Assembly (NCBI GenBank): GCA_039822145.1
Contig: JBCBMU010000001.1
Location: 116,400-180,399, forward strand
DNA: 64,000 bases
DNA from: Pseudomonadota bacterium
GTDB taxonomy: Bacteria > Pseudomonadota > Alphaproteobacteria > Caulobacterales > Hyphomonadaceae
Direction of reading: 5' to 3'
Part shown: positions 9,465-19,648 of the stretch, piece by piece
Layout: every line of letters starts with the position of its first letter
Position numbering within the stretch: the first letter of the stretch is position 1
Program-made: the position numbers and the translations under genes
Notes under the pieces: generated by a model
Database searches by the model: none
Told to the model about the DNA's origin: nothing
What the model saw: the letters and a program-made list of their open reading frames with translations, nothing else

Positions 9465-10034
9465 TTAGAGTGAAATCTTGACCAGGGTGGGGGTGACCCA
9501 CTCATAGTCGGGTACGGGCAGGTTCGAAGGCGCTGGGCCTTTTCGAATACGGCCGGATGTGTCGTAGTGTGAGCCATGGCAAGGGCAGTACCAACCGCCA
9601 TAATCGCCAACGCTGCCTTGGGCTGGACCAACTGGCACACAGCCAAGATGGGTACAGGCGCCAGAGGTTACCAAGATGGCAGGATTATACGTCCCATCGG
9701 CCCGGGCCACGAGACGTTCTTCGTCGGTCTCTGGATCCGGCATCTTAGCCAGGTCTGTATTCACCGCCGCGGCGATCTCTTCCGGTGTCCGGTGGCGCAA
9801 AAAGAATGGCTTACCGCCAATCAGAACGCGAATCTCACCGCCGAGGGGGATTTTACCGGTATCAACTTCGAGGCTTGAAGCCGCTTTAGTGTCTCCAGCC
9901 GCGTTCATCTGATCGATGAAGGGATAGGCCACAAGACCTGCACCACCAACAGTCGCAGCGATCGCAGCGACGTGGACAAAATCCCGGCGCTCTTCGTCTA
10001 CATCCTCTGGGGCAATCGTGTTTGCGTCGCTCAC
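9465..10034 (-). CDS. petA: Rieske iron-sulfur subunit
   Basis: Tat-like RRDF, CTHLGC, CPCHGS. Confidence 0.97.
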   Translation of the reverse strand: MSDANTIAPEDVDEERRDFVHVAAIAATVGGAGLVAYPFIDQMNAAGDTKAASSLEVDTGKIPLGGEIRVLIGGKPFFLRHRTPEEIAAAVNTDLAKMPDPETDEERLVARADGTYNPAILVTSGACTHLGCVPVGPAQGSVGDYGGWYCPCHGSHYDTSGRIRKGPAPSNLPVPDYEWVTPTLVKISL

Positions 10035-10095
10035 GTTTCGTCTTCCTTCGGCATTTCTAATTGTTGCCTAATACACAGATTACAGAGAGACAGCA

Positions 10096-10114
10096 TTGCG
10101 GCGCAGCGCCGCAA
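10096..10114. promoter_or_regulatory. RegA/RegR-like inverted repeat between petA and hemF
   Basis: TTGCGGCG-CAG-CGCCGCAA contains GCGGC-N5-GCCGC. Confidence 0.45.
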
Positions 10115-10282
10115 GTCACCTCCCCATATCGGTGCTCGCCTAGCCTGCCTCGCGCTTGATTTCAAGACAAAGCAACCGCATCGCGTGCGACACAATTTCC
10201 ATCCCCTCTACGGACATTTACCGATAGGGCGTGTACAGGCTGCGAATTATCGGTTCGCCGACTCAAAGAGCAGGACGAAGAA

Positions 10283-11161
10283 ATGACGGATCTCGATACA
10301 AAAAAACGCCGTGCGTCGGAATGGTTTCAAACGCTGCAGGCTGATATTATCGCCCGGTTTGAAGCCTTAGAGGACGAAGCAGATCGACCGCTTTATAGCG
10401 GCGCACCGGGCCGTTTTGCGAAAACCGAATGGCGCCGCGGCGATGGTAGTGAAGACCTTGGCGGCGGCCATATGGCGATTATGCGCGGCAAATTCTTTGA
10501 GAAAGTCGGCGTCCATTATTCCGAAGTCTTTGGCACGTTCTCAGAAGCCTTTCAGGCGCAAATCCCCGGCGCCGACCAATCGGATGGTAAGTTTTGGGCA
10601 TCCGGCATTTCGCTGATCGCGCATTTACACAATCCTCGCGTCCCAGCCGTGCATATGAATACGCGCATGTTGGTCACCAGCGAGAGCTGGTTTGGCGGCG
10701 GCGGCGATTTAACTCCCTTGCTCGATTATCAACGTAACGCAGAATTTCCGGATACGGTCGACTTTCATGCCGCGATGAAAGCCGCCTGTGATCCGTTTGA
10801 CCGCGCTTATTATCCTGACTTCAAACAGCGCTGTGATGACTATTTCCATCTGGCCCACCGTGACGAACCCCGTGGCACAGGCGGTATTTTCTATGATCGC
10901 TTCAATTCGGGCGATTGGGAGAAGGATTTTGCGTTCACCCAGGAGGTCGGACGCCAATTCGCTGATATTTACCCGCAAATCGTCAGGCGCCGCATGAATG
11001 AAGGCTGGACCGAAGCTGAACGTGATGAGCAACTCATCCGCCGCGGGCGCTATGTTGAGTTTAACCTATTATACGATCGCGGAACAACATTTGGGCTCAA
11101 AACGGGGGGCAATGTTACCAGCATTCTGTCGTCCATGCCGCCCGTGGTAAAATGGCCGTAA
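10283..11161 (+). CDS. hemF: Oxygen-dependent coproporphyrinogen III oxidase
   Basis: [41 protein letters not shown]. Confidence 0.97.
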   Translation: MTDLDTKKRRASEWFQTLQADIIARFEALEDEADRPLYSGAPGRFAKTEWRRGDGSEDLGGGHMAIMRGKFFEKVGVHYSEVFGTFSEAFQAQIPGADQSDGKFWASGISLIAHLHNPRVPAVHMNTRMLVTSESWFGGGGDLTPLLDYQRNAEFPDTVDFHAAMKAACDPFDRAYYPDFKQRCDDYFHLAHRDEPRGTGGIFYDRFNSGDWEKDFAFTQEVGRQFADIYPQIVRRRMNEGWTEAERDEQLIRRGRYVEFNLLYDRGTTFGLKTGGNVTSILSSMPPVVKWP

Positions 11162-11203
11162 TCTGTAAGTGACGAAACAGCGCCGAGCTGTTACGCGTGA
11201 TTC

Positions 11204-11689
11204 ATGTCTGAACCCCGCTCCGCTACATTGATCATTTTCGTCATTGCCGTGGTGACGGCGGCGACAGCGGGGCTCGGCGCTGCCGTCTCTGGCGGCAGCG
11301 AAGATGTCTGGTACTTTGCACTCGAAAAGCCGGGACTGACGCCGCCGGACATCATTTTCGCGGTCGTTTGGCCGGTTCTCTTTGTGCTCATGGCGCTGGG
11401 CGCGGTTTTGGTGCGGATGACAGCCGGGAGTTTCGCGGCCTGTTCCGCCGCGCTTGGCCTTTATTTCACACAGCTGACCGCAAATTTGGCTTGGAGCTGG
11501 CTGTTTTTTGGCTTCCACCAAGTGTTGATCTCAATGATCACTTTGGCCAGCCTCTGGGTGCTTATAGCGGCGATGATTGGGGCATTCTGGCGCCATTCGC
11601 GGGCCGCCGCGATCTTACAAGTGCCCTACCTTTTATGGGTCAGCTTTGCTGGATATCTCAACGCTGCGATCCTCGCCATGAATGGATGA
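11204..11689 (+). CDS. tspO: TspO/MBR family protein
   Basis: WY..LEKPGLTPP, NLAWSWLFF, PYLLWVSFA. Confidence 0.92.
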   Translation: MSEPRSATLIIFVIAVVTAATAGLGAAVSGGSEDVWYFALEKPGLTPPDIIFAVVWPVLFVLMALGAVLVRMTAGSFAACSAALGLYFTQLTANLAWSWLFFGFHQVLISMITLASLWVLIAAMIGAFWRHSRAAAILQVPYLLWVSFAGYLNAAILAMNG

Positions 11690-11712
11690 TCTGGCCTGGG
11701 GCCATTACCGCA

Positions 11713-12906
11713 TTAGCTCTGATCGGCGGCCAATAATTTCAACAGCGCGTCGCGTTCCAAATAAAAATCACTCTCGACCCAGGCTTCAGCAACCCGGCTG
11801 AGCGCCTCTCCAATGGCTTTCCCAGAAAGACCAATGGCGAGCGCGTCATCGCCGCCAATCGGGAAATCAGGGCGGCGCCACGACCGAATCGCCGCTAGCA
11901 AGTCGCGTATATCTGACCCGGCCAGCAAAGCGCGATCGAGGACAGCTTGTTTGCCATGCCAATACAGCGTCGCGCGCAGCTCGCGGGCGCTCATGCCGAC
12001 GGGATTGGGCAAATTCTCCGCTGCCCACATGATCAGCCGCGCGGCTTCATCGTTCGACAGACGCAGCGCCGCTTGGGTGTGCTGAACCGCCATGGCTGAG
12101 CGCGGCAGCAGCGCCTCTAATCGCAGCATCGGATCCGGCTGTACGCCGGTCAATTGCTCTGTCAATTCGAGGTCGTGCAGGACGTCTAAGCCGCGATGTT
12201 CAGGCAGAATCTCATCCAAAACACCGCTCTCAGCCATGGCTTGCACGGCCACTCGCGGCATCGGCGCTGCGAGGAGTTTCTTGAGCTCTTTCCAAATCCG
12301 TTCACGGGCAATTTTTTGCAATCCGGATTTCTGCCGGGCGCAGGCTGCGAGGCCGTTTTCATCTATGCCGGCGCCGTACCAGGCATTGAACCGAAAAAAC
12401 CGAAGGATCCGAAGATAGTCCTCACGCAGTCGTGCGTCGGCCTCTCCGATGAAGATGACCCGTCCGGCGAGCGCGTCTTCATAGCCGCCGCCAATCGGGT
12501 CAAAAACCTCGCCATCGGGCGCCGCATAAAGCGCATTCATTCGGAAGTCGCGACGCTGTGCGTCTTCGGCCCAATCCTCGGTAAAGGCGACGACAGCGCG
12601 GCGGCCATCGGTTTCGACATCGCGGCGCAAGCTGGTAATCTCAAACGGTTCACCCGCCACGATCGCCGTCACCGTACCATGTTCAATGCCCGTCGGGATT
12701 GCCCGGATCTCATGCGCTTGCAGTGCTGCGAGCGTCTCTTCGGGGTGCAGCTGGGTCGCGATATCAATATCATCGACAGGCCGGCCCATCAGCGTATTTC
12801 GAACGCATCCGCCAACAAAACGCGCGCAGCCCTGACGCGCCGCCTCGAGCGCGGCGACGATTTTTCCGGTCGATGCCGCTTCAAGCCAATCAGCGCTCAG
12901 GTTCAT
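11713..12906 (-). CDS. cca: CCA tRNA nucleotidyltransferase
   Basis: FVGGCVRN, DIDIAT, RRDFRMNAL, EDYLRILRFFRF. Confidence 0.93.
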   Translation of the reverse strand: MNLSADWLEAASTGKIVAALEAARQGCARFVGGCVRNTLMGRPVDDIDIATQLHPEETLAALQAHEIRAIPTGIEHGTVTAIVAGEPFEITSLRRDVETDGRRAVVAFTEDWAEDAQRRDFRMNALYAAPDGEVFDPIGGGYEDALAGRVIFIGEADARLREDYLRILRFFRFNAWYGAGIDENGLAACARQKSGLQKIARERIWKELKKLLAAPMPRVAVQAMAESGVLDEILPEHRGLDVLHDLELTEQLTGVQPDPMLRLEALLPRSAMAVQHTQAALRLSNDEAARLIMWAAENLPNPVGMSARELRATLYWHGKQAVLDRALLAGSDIRDLLAAIRSWRRPDFPIGGDDALAIGLSGKAIGEALSRVAEAWVESDFYLERDALLKLLAADQS

Positions 12907-13297
12907 TGAGCGTTTCAGCCGTGTCTTCGTCTATCTCAATTGGCGTGCCGTCAAAGTTGGGGCGTTCGCCGACCCCTTCGGCCTGACCGCCAGGGTCATC
13001 GGTTAAGGGCAAGCCAATGCCGCCAAGGTCTTTCTCGCACGGATATCGCTCGCCTTTGACAACCACACCATCGACGATTTGTGCCGGGCGATAACAAAGC
13101 TCGCGCCCCCCCCGGTCGAGCAGGATTAAGACCAACCAAGATCCGATCGCCATGACTAAGCCAAGCCCAAACAAAACGCGGATGGGCCACGGTTTGCGGC
13201 CCTCTTGCTGAGCCTCAGTAATCGCCAGGCGATACACGCCAAACAAAATAAAAGGCAGTGTAAACAGAACCAGTTGAATGAAAATTCGTGGTGCCAC
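12890..13297 (-). CDS. Two-TM membrane protein (DUF6111-like)
   Basis: Two hydrophobic helices, then Y.PAQIVDG; usual position between Nudix and cca. Confidence 0.65.
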   Translation of the reverse strand: MAPRIFIQLVLFTLPFILFGVYRLAITEAQQEGRKPWPIRVLFGLGLVMAIGSWLVLILLDRGGRELCYRPAQIVDGVVVKGERYPCEKDLGGIGLPLTDDPGGQAEGVGERPNFDGTPIEIDEDTAETLNEPER

Positions 13298-13309
13298 GTG
13301 GGGCTCTCC

Positions 13310-13930
13310 TTAGGTCTCATATAGGTTGGCATATAGATCACGAATGATCCCGGCCGTCACACCCCAGATGCGAAAGCCCTGCCATGGCATTTCTATATAT
13401 TGTCGTTGTTGACCTTTCCAAACAGCTGTGCCGGTTTGGTGGTTGTCAGTATTGAATAAAAACGACAGCGGCGCTTCAAAAACTTCGGCCACCTCAGTCG
13501 GATCTGGGCGCGCTTCGAAATCGGCTGGGAGCACGCCGAGGACCGGGGTGATGCGAAACGCGGTCCCCGTCACATATGGCGCGGCGCGGGCGACTAGGTC
13601 TACCGAACTTGGGATGACGCCCACTTCTTCTTCGGCTTCTCTCAAGGCTGCAGCGACAGCATCTTTGTCGACTTGATCGATTTTCCCGCCTGGAAAGGCC
13701 ACTTGCCCTGGATGCGCCGCCATCGTGTCGGGACGCTGCGTCAGCAGAGCCGTCGGACCGTCTTTTCTTGGGATCACTGGAATCAGCACGGCGGCGGCCC
13801 GAATATTGGAGCGGCGATCCTCGTCAACAAAATCTAAGTCGCCGACTTCAGCCAAGCTCTGAGCGCCTTGAATGGGATCCAAGCGATCGCTCGCCCGCGC
13901 GAGAAAGTCATCTAAAGTTGTAAAACTCAT
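13310..13930 (-). CDS. CoA pyrophosphatase (Nudix)
   Basis: HPGQVAFPGG, AALREAEEEVG, WGVTAGI. Confidence 0.92.
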   Translation of the reverse strand: MSFTTLDDFLARASDRLDPIQGAQSLAEVGDLDFVDEDRRSNIRAAAVLIPVIPRKDGPTALLTQRPDTMAAHPGQVAFPGGKIDQVDKDAVAAALREAEEEVGVIPSSVDLVARAAPYVTGTAFRITPVLGVLPADFEARPDPTEVAEVFEAPLSFLFNTDNHQTGTAVWKGQQRQYIEMPWQGFRIWGVTAGIIRDLYANLYET

Positions 13931-14529
13931 CAGGCGGCCGGCCCCAATGCAAAGAATTCTTTTTGCGACCAGACACCAAGTTGTCCGGCGCAGCCTTCAT
14001 AGGCCTCGGCCATCCCGGCGAGTTCATAAAAGACGGGGCGCGTCAGTTTTGCCTCTAATTTGTCTCGCACCAGCACATATGGGCTCGGCTCCAGCGTTTC
14101 GGGATCGGTTTCAACTCGGATCGGTAAGTCCGCACCGGCGGTGACAATATCGCCGAGATTGGTCTTAAACACCAGAACTTGATCCATGCCGGGCGCGCCA
14201 ACGCGGTCAACTCGCACGGCCAGGAATGGCGCGTCTTCGACATGGACAATCACTTTCTCATACGGTGTGACCAAGTAAATTTGTCCGTCAGGGTCTTTCC
14301 GCAAAATCCGTGAAAACAGCTTGACCAAGCGCTCTCGCTTAATTTTTGAGCCCTCATGCCACCAAGAGCCATCAGCCCGAATTTCCATGTCGATGTCACC
14401 GCAAATTTGCGGATTCCACAAATGTACGGGCGGCAAGGGGCCGTCTAAGCCCTCTGGCGCAATCGCTTTGAGGACCTCTTCCAGGGAAATGACAGATTTT
14501 CCATCCGATTTCATGTGGTGCTCCGCCAT
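13930..14529 (-). CDS. DUF1285 family protein (ORF-track 5' extension is a shadow of moxR)
   Basis: PPVHLWNP..CGDIDMEIRADGSWWHEG, LVTPYEKV, VEDAPF. Confidence 0.85.
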   Translation of the reverse strand: MAEHHMKSDGKSVISLEEVLKAIAPEGLDGPLPPVHLWNPQICGDIDMEIRADGSWWHEGSKIKRERLVKLFSRILRKDPDGQIYLVTPYEKVIVHVEDAPFLAVRVDRVGAPGMDQVLVFKTNLGDIVTAGADLPIRVETDPETLEPSPYVLVRDKLEAKLTRPVFYELAGMAEAYEGCAGQLGVWSQKEFFALGPAA

Positions 14530-14581
14530 CTTCTCGCCTAGACCTAGTGCGACCAGTACGAATAGTGAAGATGGAGTGCTC

Positions 14582-15571
14582 ATGGCAGACGACAATTCAG
14601 CCATTGTTGCCGAAGCTGAAGCCGCCGGTGAAACCCTTGCAAAAGTCAAAGCCGAAATTGGCAAGGCGGTGTTCGGGCAAGAGCGTGTGATTGAATTGGC
14701 GCTCGCCGCTTTATTGGCGGGCGGGCATGCCTTGCTGATCGGCGCCCCCGGCCTGGCAAAAACCCGTTTGGTGGAAGCGATCGGCACCGCACTTGGGCTC
14801 AACAATGCCCGCATCCAATTCACGCCGGACTTGATGCCCGGCGATATTCTAGGATCGGAAGTCCTTGACGAAGGCGCCGATGGCAGCCGCGCGTTCCGAT
14901 TCATCAAAGGCCCGATTTTTACCTCGCTTCTGATGGCTGACGAAATCAACCGAGCCTCGCCGCGGACCCAGTCGGCGCTGCTGCAAGCGATGCAGGAAAA
15001 GCATGTTACCGTCGCCGGCGTCCGTTATGACTTGCCGGCGCCCTTTCATGTTCTGGCAACTCAAAACCCGATTGAGCAAGAAGGCACCTATCCTTTGCCA
15101 GAGGCACAGCTTGACCGGTTCTTGCTCAAAATCGATGTCACTTATCCCGACTTGGATACAGAACGGCAAATCTTGATCAAAACGACGGGCGGCGAAGAAG
15201 CCGCAGTTGAGCGTGCCCTGACCTCTGAAACTTTGCTCGGCCTACAAGCGCTGGTGCGCAAAATGCCGGTCGGCGAAAGCGTTCTCAATGCGATTTTGGC
15301 GCTGGTGCGCGATGCCCGCCCCGAGCAAAGCGAAGATGAGCGCGTGCGCCGCTTCGTTGACTGGGGCCCGAGCCCCCGCGCCGGCCAAGCTTTAATGCTG
15401 GCCTGCCGTGCCCGCGCCCTGTTGCGGGGCCGCCTAGCGCCAAGTCTAGAAGATGTCGAAGCGCTCGCCGAGCCTTGTCTCGCGCACCGGATGGGCATGC
15501 GCTATGACCCGACAGGCGAAGCGCCTGGACTTGACCGATTGATTGATGAGCTCGTGAGAAAGGCTGCTTAA
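14582..15571 (+). CDS. MoxR family AAA+ ATPase
   Basis: GAPGLAKT, QFTPDLMP, DEINRASPRTQSALL, ATQNPIEQEGTYPLPEAQLDRF. Confidence 0.96.
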   Translation: MADDNSAIVAEAEAAGETLAKVKAEIGKAVFGQERVIELALAALLAGGHALLIGAPGLAKTRLVEAIGTALGLNNARIQFTPDLMPGDILGSEVLDEGADGSRAFRFIKGPIFTSLLMADEINRASPRTQSALLQAMQEKHVTVAGVRYDLPAPFHVLATQNPIEQEGTYPLPEAQLDRFLLKIDVTYPDLDTERQILIKTTGGEEAAVERALTSETLLGLQALVRKMPVGESVLNAILALVRDARPEQSEDERVRRFVDWGPSPRAGQALMLACRARALLRGRLAPSLEDVEALAEPCLAHRMGMRYDPTGEAPGLDRLIDELVRKAA

Positions 15572-15574
15572 CCC

Positions 15575-15991
15575 ATGCGTATTCTGCTATTTGTTTCGAC
15601 TTTGGTACTTGCCGCAGCGTGTTCGCCGAGCGAGACGGAGGTTGCGCCGCCTATGGTTGATACGAAGATCGCCGCGGCGGACAAGACCGACATTGAATGT
15701 CTCTCGGCGAAAACGGTTACGAAAATCACTGAAACCATCCGTGACGGCGCCGCGGCCGGGGTTGATCCCACAGACTTGCAAGATGTCCCCGCAGTCGAAA
15801 CCGCAAATGCGATCGAGCAGCTTCAAACCAAATATATCGAAGACGCGCATGCAACCTTGCTTAAGTCTGACGTCAATTATCGGCTTGAGATGATCCAGGA
15901 TGCAATCAATAACCGAAATCCAGAATCCCAGGCGCAGCAAGTTATGAATGACACGTTTGAACGTGCGGCTGCGTGCACATTCGGGAGCTAA
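15575..15991 (+). CDS. Hypothetical lipoprotein
   Basis: Signal peptide with lipobox LAAAC; fills the moxR-DUF58 gap exactly. Confidence 0.75.
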   Translation: MRILLFVSTLVLAAACSPSETEVAPPMVDTKIAAADKTDIECLSAKTVTKITETIRDGAAAGVDPTDLQDVPAVETANAIEQLQTKYIEDAHATLLKSDVNYRLEMIQDAINNRNPESQAQQVMNDTFERAAACTFGS

Positions 15992-15998
15992 AGACCGC

Positions 15999-16862
15999 GT
16001 GATTTCCCTTTCTACGCTCCGCGCTGATGCCGAAGCTATTGCCAGGCAATTGCCAGGTTTGTCTTTGCAGGCGGCAGCGGCTGATGTGATTCATCCCGGC
16101 GCGGCGGGCCGCAAACGCGCTGGGTCTGGCGAGCAATTCTGGCAGTATCGCCGCTATACCCAAACCGATGCGGCGGACCGCATTGATTGGCGCCGCAGTG
16201 CGCGCGGGGATGAGTATTTTGTCCGCGAAACCGAGCTTGAGACCGCGCGTACAATATTGAGTTGGGTGGACCCGCATCCAGGTTTTGATTGGTCCAGTGA
16301 CCCTGGCCGCGAGACCAAAGCAGACCGCGCGCGCACGCTGACATTGGCGCTCGGCATTCTGCTCGCCAAACAAGGTGAGCGGATCGGATTGATCGCTGGC
16401 GCCCGGCCCGCGAGTTTAGGGCGGTCCGCCGCGGATCGCTTGGCCGAAGACTTGCTCGGCGCTGCTGCCACCGAGCTTGCGCCGCCAAAAGCGCAAGCAA
16501 TCGCGTTGATTGCGAGCGATTTTTACGAAGGCGTTGAGGCCTGGCGACACCGCCTAGCGCCTTTGGCGCAAACCTGTCACCAAGGCGTGCTCGTCTCCGT
16601 GACGGACCCGGTTGAGCACGCATTCCCATATTCCGGACGGACCAAATTTAATCGACCCGGCGGCGGTCTGGACCTTCTCTTTGGCCGCGCCGAGACGGTG
16701 CGCGACGCTTATCTTGAAAAGTTTGAGGCTCACAGAGCCGCGTTGGCAGCGCTGGCGGCGCAAATGGGCTGGGCGCTGGTTGAGCATCGCACAGATGATA
16801 CGGCCTTGCGCGGCGCTGCGGCGATGCAAGTTGCGCTTGAGCAATTTGGGAGCAAAGCGTGA
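15999..16862 (+). CDS. DUF58 family protein
   Basis: GEQFWQYRRY, IDWRRSAR, VRETE, ASDF. Confidence 0.9.
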   Translation: MISLSTLRADAEAIARQLPGLSLQAAAADVIHPGAAGRKRAGSGEQFWQYRRYTQTDAADRIDWRRSARGDEYFVRETELETARTILSWVDPHPGFDWSSDPGRETKADRARTLTLALGILLAKQGERIGLIAGARPASLGRSAADRLAEDLLGAAATELAPPKAQAIALIASDFYEGVEAWRHRLAPLAQTCHQGVLVSVTDPVEHAFPYSGRTKFNRPGGGLDLLFGRAETVRDAYLEKFEAHRAALAALAAQMGWALVEHRTDDTALRGAAAMQVALEQFGSKA

Positions 16863-19648
16863 CCCTGGGGCCCTTGCTATTCCTGGCGCCGCTAACGCTG
16901 ATCGCCTTGGCGGTGTTGCCGATCATTTGGTTCATTTTGCGCGCCACACCGCCAAGCCCTAAAAATGTTCAATTGCCCAGCCTCAGGCTATTAGAAGGCG
17001 TCGATGCGAACGAAGAGACCCCGGCGCGCACGCCATGGTGGATCTTATTGCTGCGGCTCGGCGCCGCGGCGTTGGCGATTATCGGCCTTGCGCAACCGCT
17101 TTATGCTCCCGATCAAGTGTCGACCGATTCAGATGCAGGCCCGGTTCTCGTAATCATGGATGATGGCTGGACGAGCGCGCCGCGTTGGGGTGAATTGCGG
17201 GCGGCGGCTGTGTCGGCCTTGAACGGCGACCCTCGAGATACCCCGGTTCATCTTTTGCTGACGGCGCCGCGGGCCTTGCCGGGGGAGCCCCAAGAGCGGC
17301 TTGATCGCCAAGCCTATGAGGCGCGCATTCGCTCCCTGCAACCGCAGCCATGGGCCGTTGATCGTGTCGACGCACTGGCCCGGCTGGAGGCCAGTCAGAT
17401 CCGACCTGGCCGAATCCTTTGGCTCAGCGATGGTTTGGATCCAGAGACTGCAGAGCCGTTTTCGCGAGCCTTGAGCGCCCTGGCGCCGCTTTCCGTCTAT
17501 GCTATCCCGCCGCGCGGGCCAATGGCGATGACGCGGTTACGGGCTGACGCCCAAGGGGTTGGATTGACCGCCGTCCGGGTCGATCGAAGCGACCCGGCAA
17601 CACATTATGTCTCTGCCTTGACCCTCGATGGCGCGGCCTTGGCGACCGCAGATTTGGAGTTCGCTGCTGGGGCCGCTTCGGCGACCGCGAATTTCTCGCT
17701 GCCGCCCGCGGCTTTGTCACGGATCTCCCGCTTTCAGCTCACAGGGTCAGCCGCAGCGGGCAGCGTTTGGCTTTGGGATAGCGCCGATCGCTCACGTCGT
17801 GTCGGTTTGGTCAGCGGCGACAGCACGGCTCAACCCTTGCTCTCTGACATCCATTATGTGCGCAAGGCTTTAGAACCGTTCGCAACCATCTCAGAAGGAG
17901 AGTTGGTTGATCTGATCGAAGAGAATCCTGATGCCATTATTCTCACTGATATCGGCCAAATCGATACCGAGGCGCGCACCGCCTTGACCCAATGGATCAA
18001 TGATGGCGGCGCGCTGATCCGGTTCGCGGGGCCGCGGCTGGCCGGTCCACAGGCTGGCGCGCGCAGTGATGATCTCGTGCCGGCTCCGCTGCGCCGATCA
18101 TCGCGGGCGATTGGTGGAACCTTGACCTGGGAAGAGCCGCAGCCGCTCGGGACATTCCCAGATACGTCCCCGTTCGCGGGTCTTTCGGCGCCAGAAGACA
18201 TTCGCGTGCGCCAGCAAGTGCTGGCCCGGCCTGGACCTGATCTTGCCCGCCGAACTTGGGCGCGGCTCGCCGATGGCAGCCCTTTGGTGACGGCGGACCG
18301 ACGCGGCGAAGGCATGCTGATCCTGTTCCATGTCACCGCCGGCCCAGATTGGTCTGACCTGCCTTATGCTGGGGTTTTTGTAGACATGTTGCGCCGGTCG
18401 ATCGCGGCCGGGCGCGGCGAGGCGGTGAGCGATGAAGACGGGCTGTATACGCCGGCGCTGACGCTCAATGGCAATGGGCGATTGACCCAACCAAGCGCTG
18501 GGGCGACCCCGCTTCGAGCCGCGGATTTTGGCGCCATATCCCCGTCTGAAACACATCCGCCAGGCTTGTATCAGGGGCCTGCCGGAACGCGCGCCCTGAA
18601 TGTTGCCAAAGAATACACGCCGATTGCCATGACGACTTGGCCCGCCGGGGCCACGCTGCTTGGGGACACCGAAGCACGGACGTTCCGGCTTGGCGGTGTG
18701 CTTCTGGCGCTGGCAATTTTGCTCTTATGTATCGACTTGATTGTCGCGCTCGCTTTGGCCGGGCGGTTGCCGCTTCTGCGCAAGGCAACTGGTGCGTTGC
18801 TGATCGGCCTTCTGGTTGGCACCGGCCTGAATCCTGAACCGGCAATGGCGCAAATTTCGTTTGGCGTGTCAGAACCTGAGTCTCTCGACAAAGAGACCGC
18901 CGCGGCGTTGAATATGCGTCTGGCCTATATTGAAACCGGAGATGAGCGGGTCGATCGCGCCACGCGATCTGGGCTCGAAGGACTATCACTGATCTTGTTC
19001 CGGCGCTCGAGTGTCGAGCCTGCTGCGCCGCACGCCGTGAATCCAGAGACAGACGCGCTTGATGTTTATCCAGCTTTATTCTTGGCCCTGCCAGATAGTC
19101 CGGAGCCTTTGAGCGAAACCGCCGTCGCGCGGATCAACGCTTATATGCGCAATGGCGGCTCGCTGTTTATCGACACCCGGCAGGGGGGAACGATTGGCGG
19201 CGGGAATAGCTTTGATGGGCTTGAGACCGTCCTCAGCGGGCTCGACACACCGCCCCTGGCGCCGGTGCCCGAAGATCATGTTTTGACCCGGTCTTACTAT
19301 TTGATCGACGATTTCCCAGGCCGCTATGAGAACCGGAATCTATGGATTGAAGCAACCGGCGCGGCTGACAAGAAAGATCGCCGCGGCGATGGCGTCAGCC
19401 GTCTCTTCGTCGGCGATGCGGACTATTTGGCCGCTTGGGCGGTGGATGAACGCGGCCGGCCGATTTACTCTGTCGATGGCGGCGATCTGCAACGTGAAAT
19501 GTCGATCCGGTTTGGGGTCAATCTGGTGATTTATATCCTCACCGGGAACTATAAAGAGGACCAGGTTCACATCCCGGCTTTGCTCGAGCGATTGGGCGAA
19601 GATGAAGGCGTCGGTGACTTTGAGCAAGATGCCGAGGACGCGCCATGA
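16859..19648 (+). CDS. BatA-like N-terminus / DUF4159 membrane protein
   Basis: N-terminal double TM with PPSP..V.LPSLRLL; C-terminal GLEGLS..L..RSSVEP and FGVNLVIYILTGNYK.DQVH. Confidence 0.85.
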   Translation: MTLGPLLFLAPLTLIALAVLPIIWFILRATPPSPKNVQLPSLRLLEGVDANEETPARTPWWILLLRLGAAALAIIGLAQPLYAPDQVSTDSDAGPVLVIMDDGWTSAPRWGELRAAAVSALNGDPRDTPVHLLLTAPRALPGEPQERLDRQAYEARIRSLQPQPWAVDRVDALARLEASQIRPGRILWLSDGLDPETAEPFSRALSALAPLSVYAIPPRGPMAMTRLRADAQGVGLTAVRVDRSDPATHYVSALTLDGAALATADLEFAAGAASATANFSLPPAALSRISRFQLTGSAAAGSVWLWDSADRSRRVGLVSGDSTAQPLLSDIHYVRKALEPFATISEGELVDLIEENPDAIILTDIGQIDTEARTALTQWINDGGALIRFAGPRLAGPQAGARSDDLVPAPLRRSSRAIGGTLTWEEPQPLGTFPDTSPFAGLSAPEDIRVRQQVLARPGPDLARRTWARLADGSPLVTADRRGEGMLILFHVTAGPDWSDLPYAGVFVDMLRRSIAAGRGEAVSDEDGLYTPALTLNGNGRLTQPSAGATPLRAADFGAISPSETHPPGLYQGPAGTRALNVAKEYTPIAMTTWPAGATLLGDTEARTFRLGGVLLALAILLLCIDLIVALALAGRLPLLRKATGALLIGLLVGTGLNPEPAMAQISFGVSEPESLDKETAAALNMRLAYIETGDERVDRATRSGLEGLSLILFRRSSVEPAAPHAVNPETDALDVYPALFLALPDSPEPLSETAVARINAYMRNGGSLFIDTRQGGTIGGGNSFDGLETVLSGLDTPPLAPVPEDHVLTRSYYLIDDFPGRYENRNLWIEATGAADKKDRRGDGVSRLFVGDADYLAAWAVDERGRPIYSVDGGDLQREMSIRFGVNLVIYILTGNYKEDQVHIPALLERLGEDEGVGDFEQDAEDAP

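Noticed and set aside
10154-10170. FNR/FixK box near petA
   Set aside because: CTTGATTTCAAG is palindromic but does not fit TTGAT-N4-ATCAA.
13930-14949. Long 5' extensions in the ORF track (DUF1285, moxR, trkH, ftsI, torF, pqiA, yodC)
   Set aside because: They overlap neighbouring genes or promoters; downstream starts match family N-termini.
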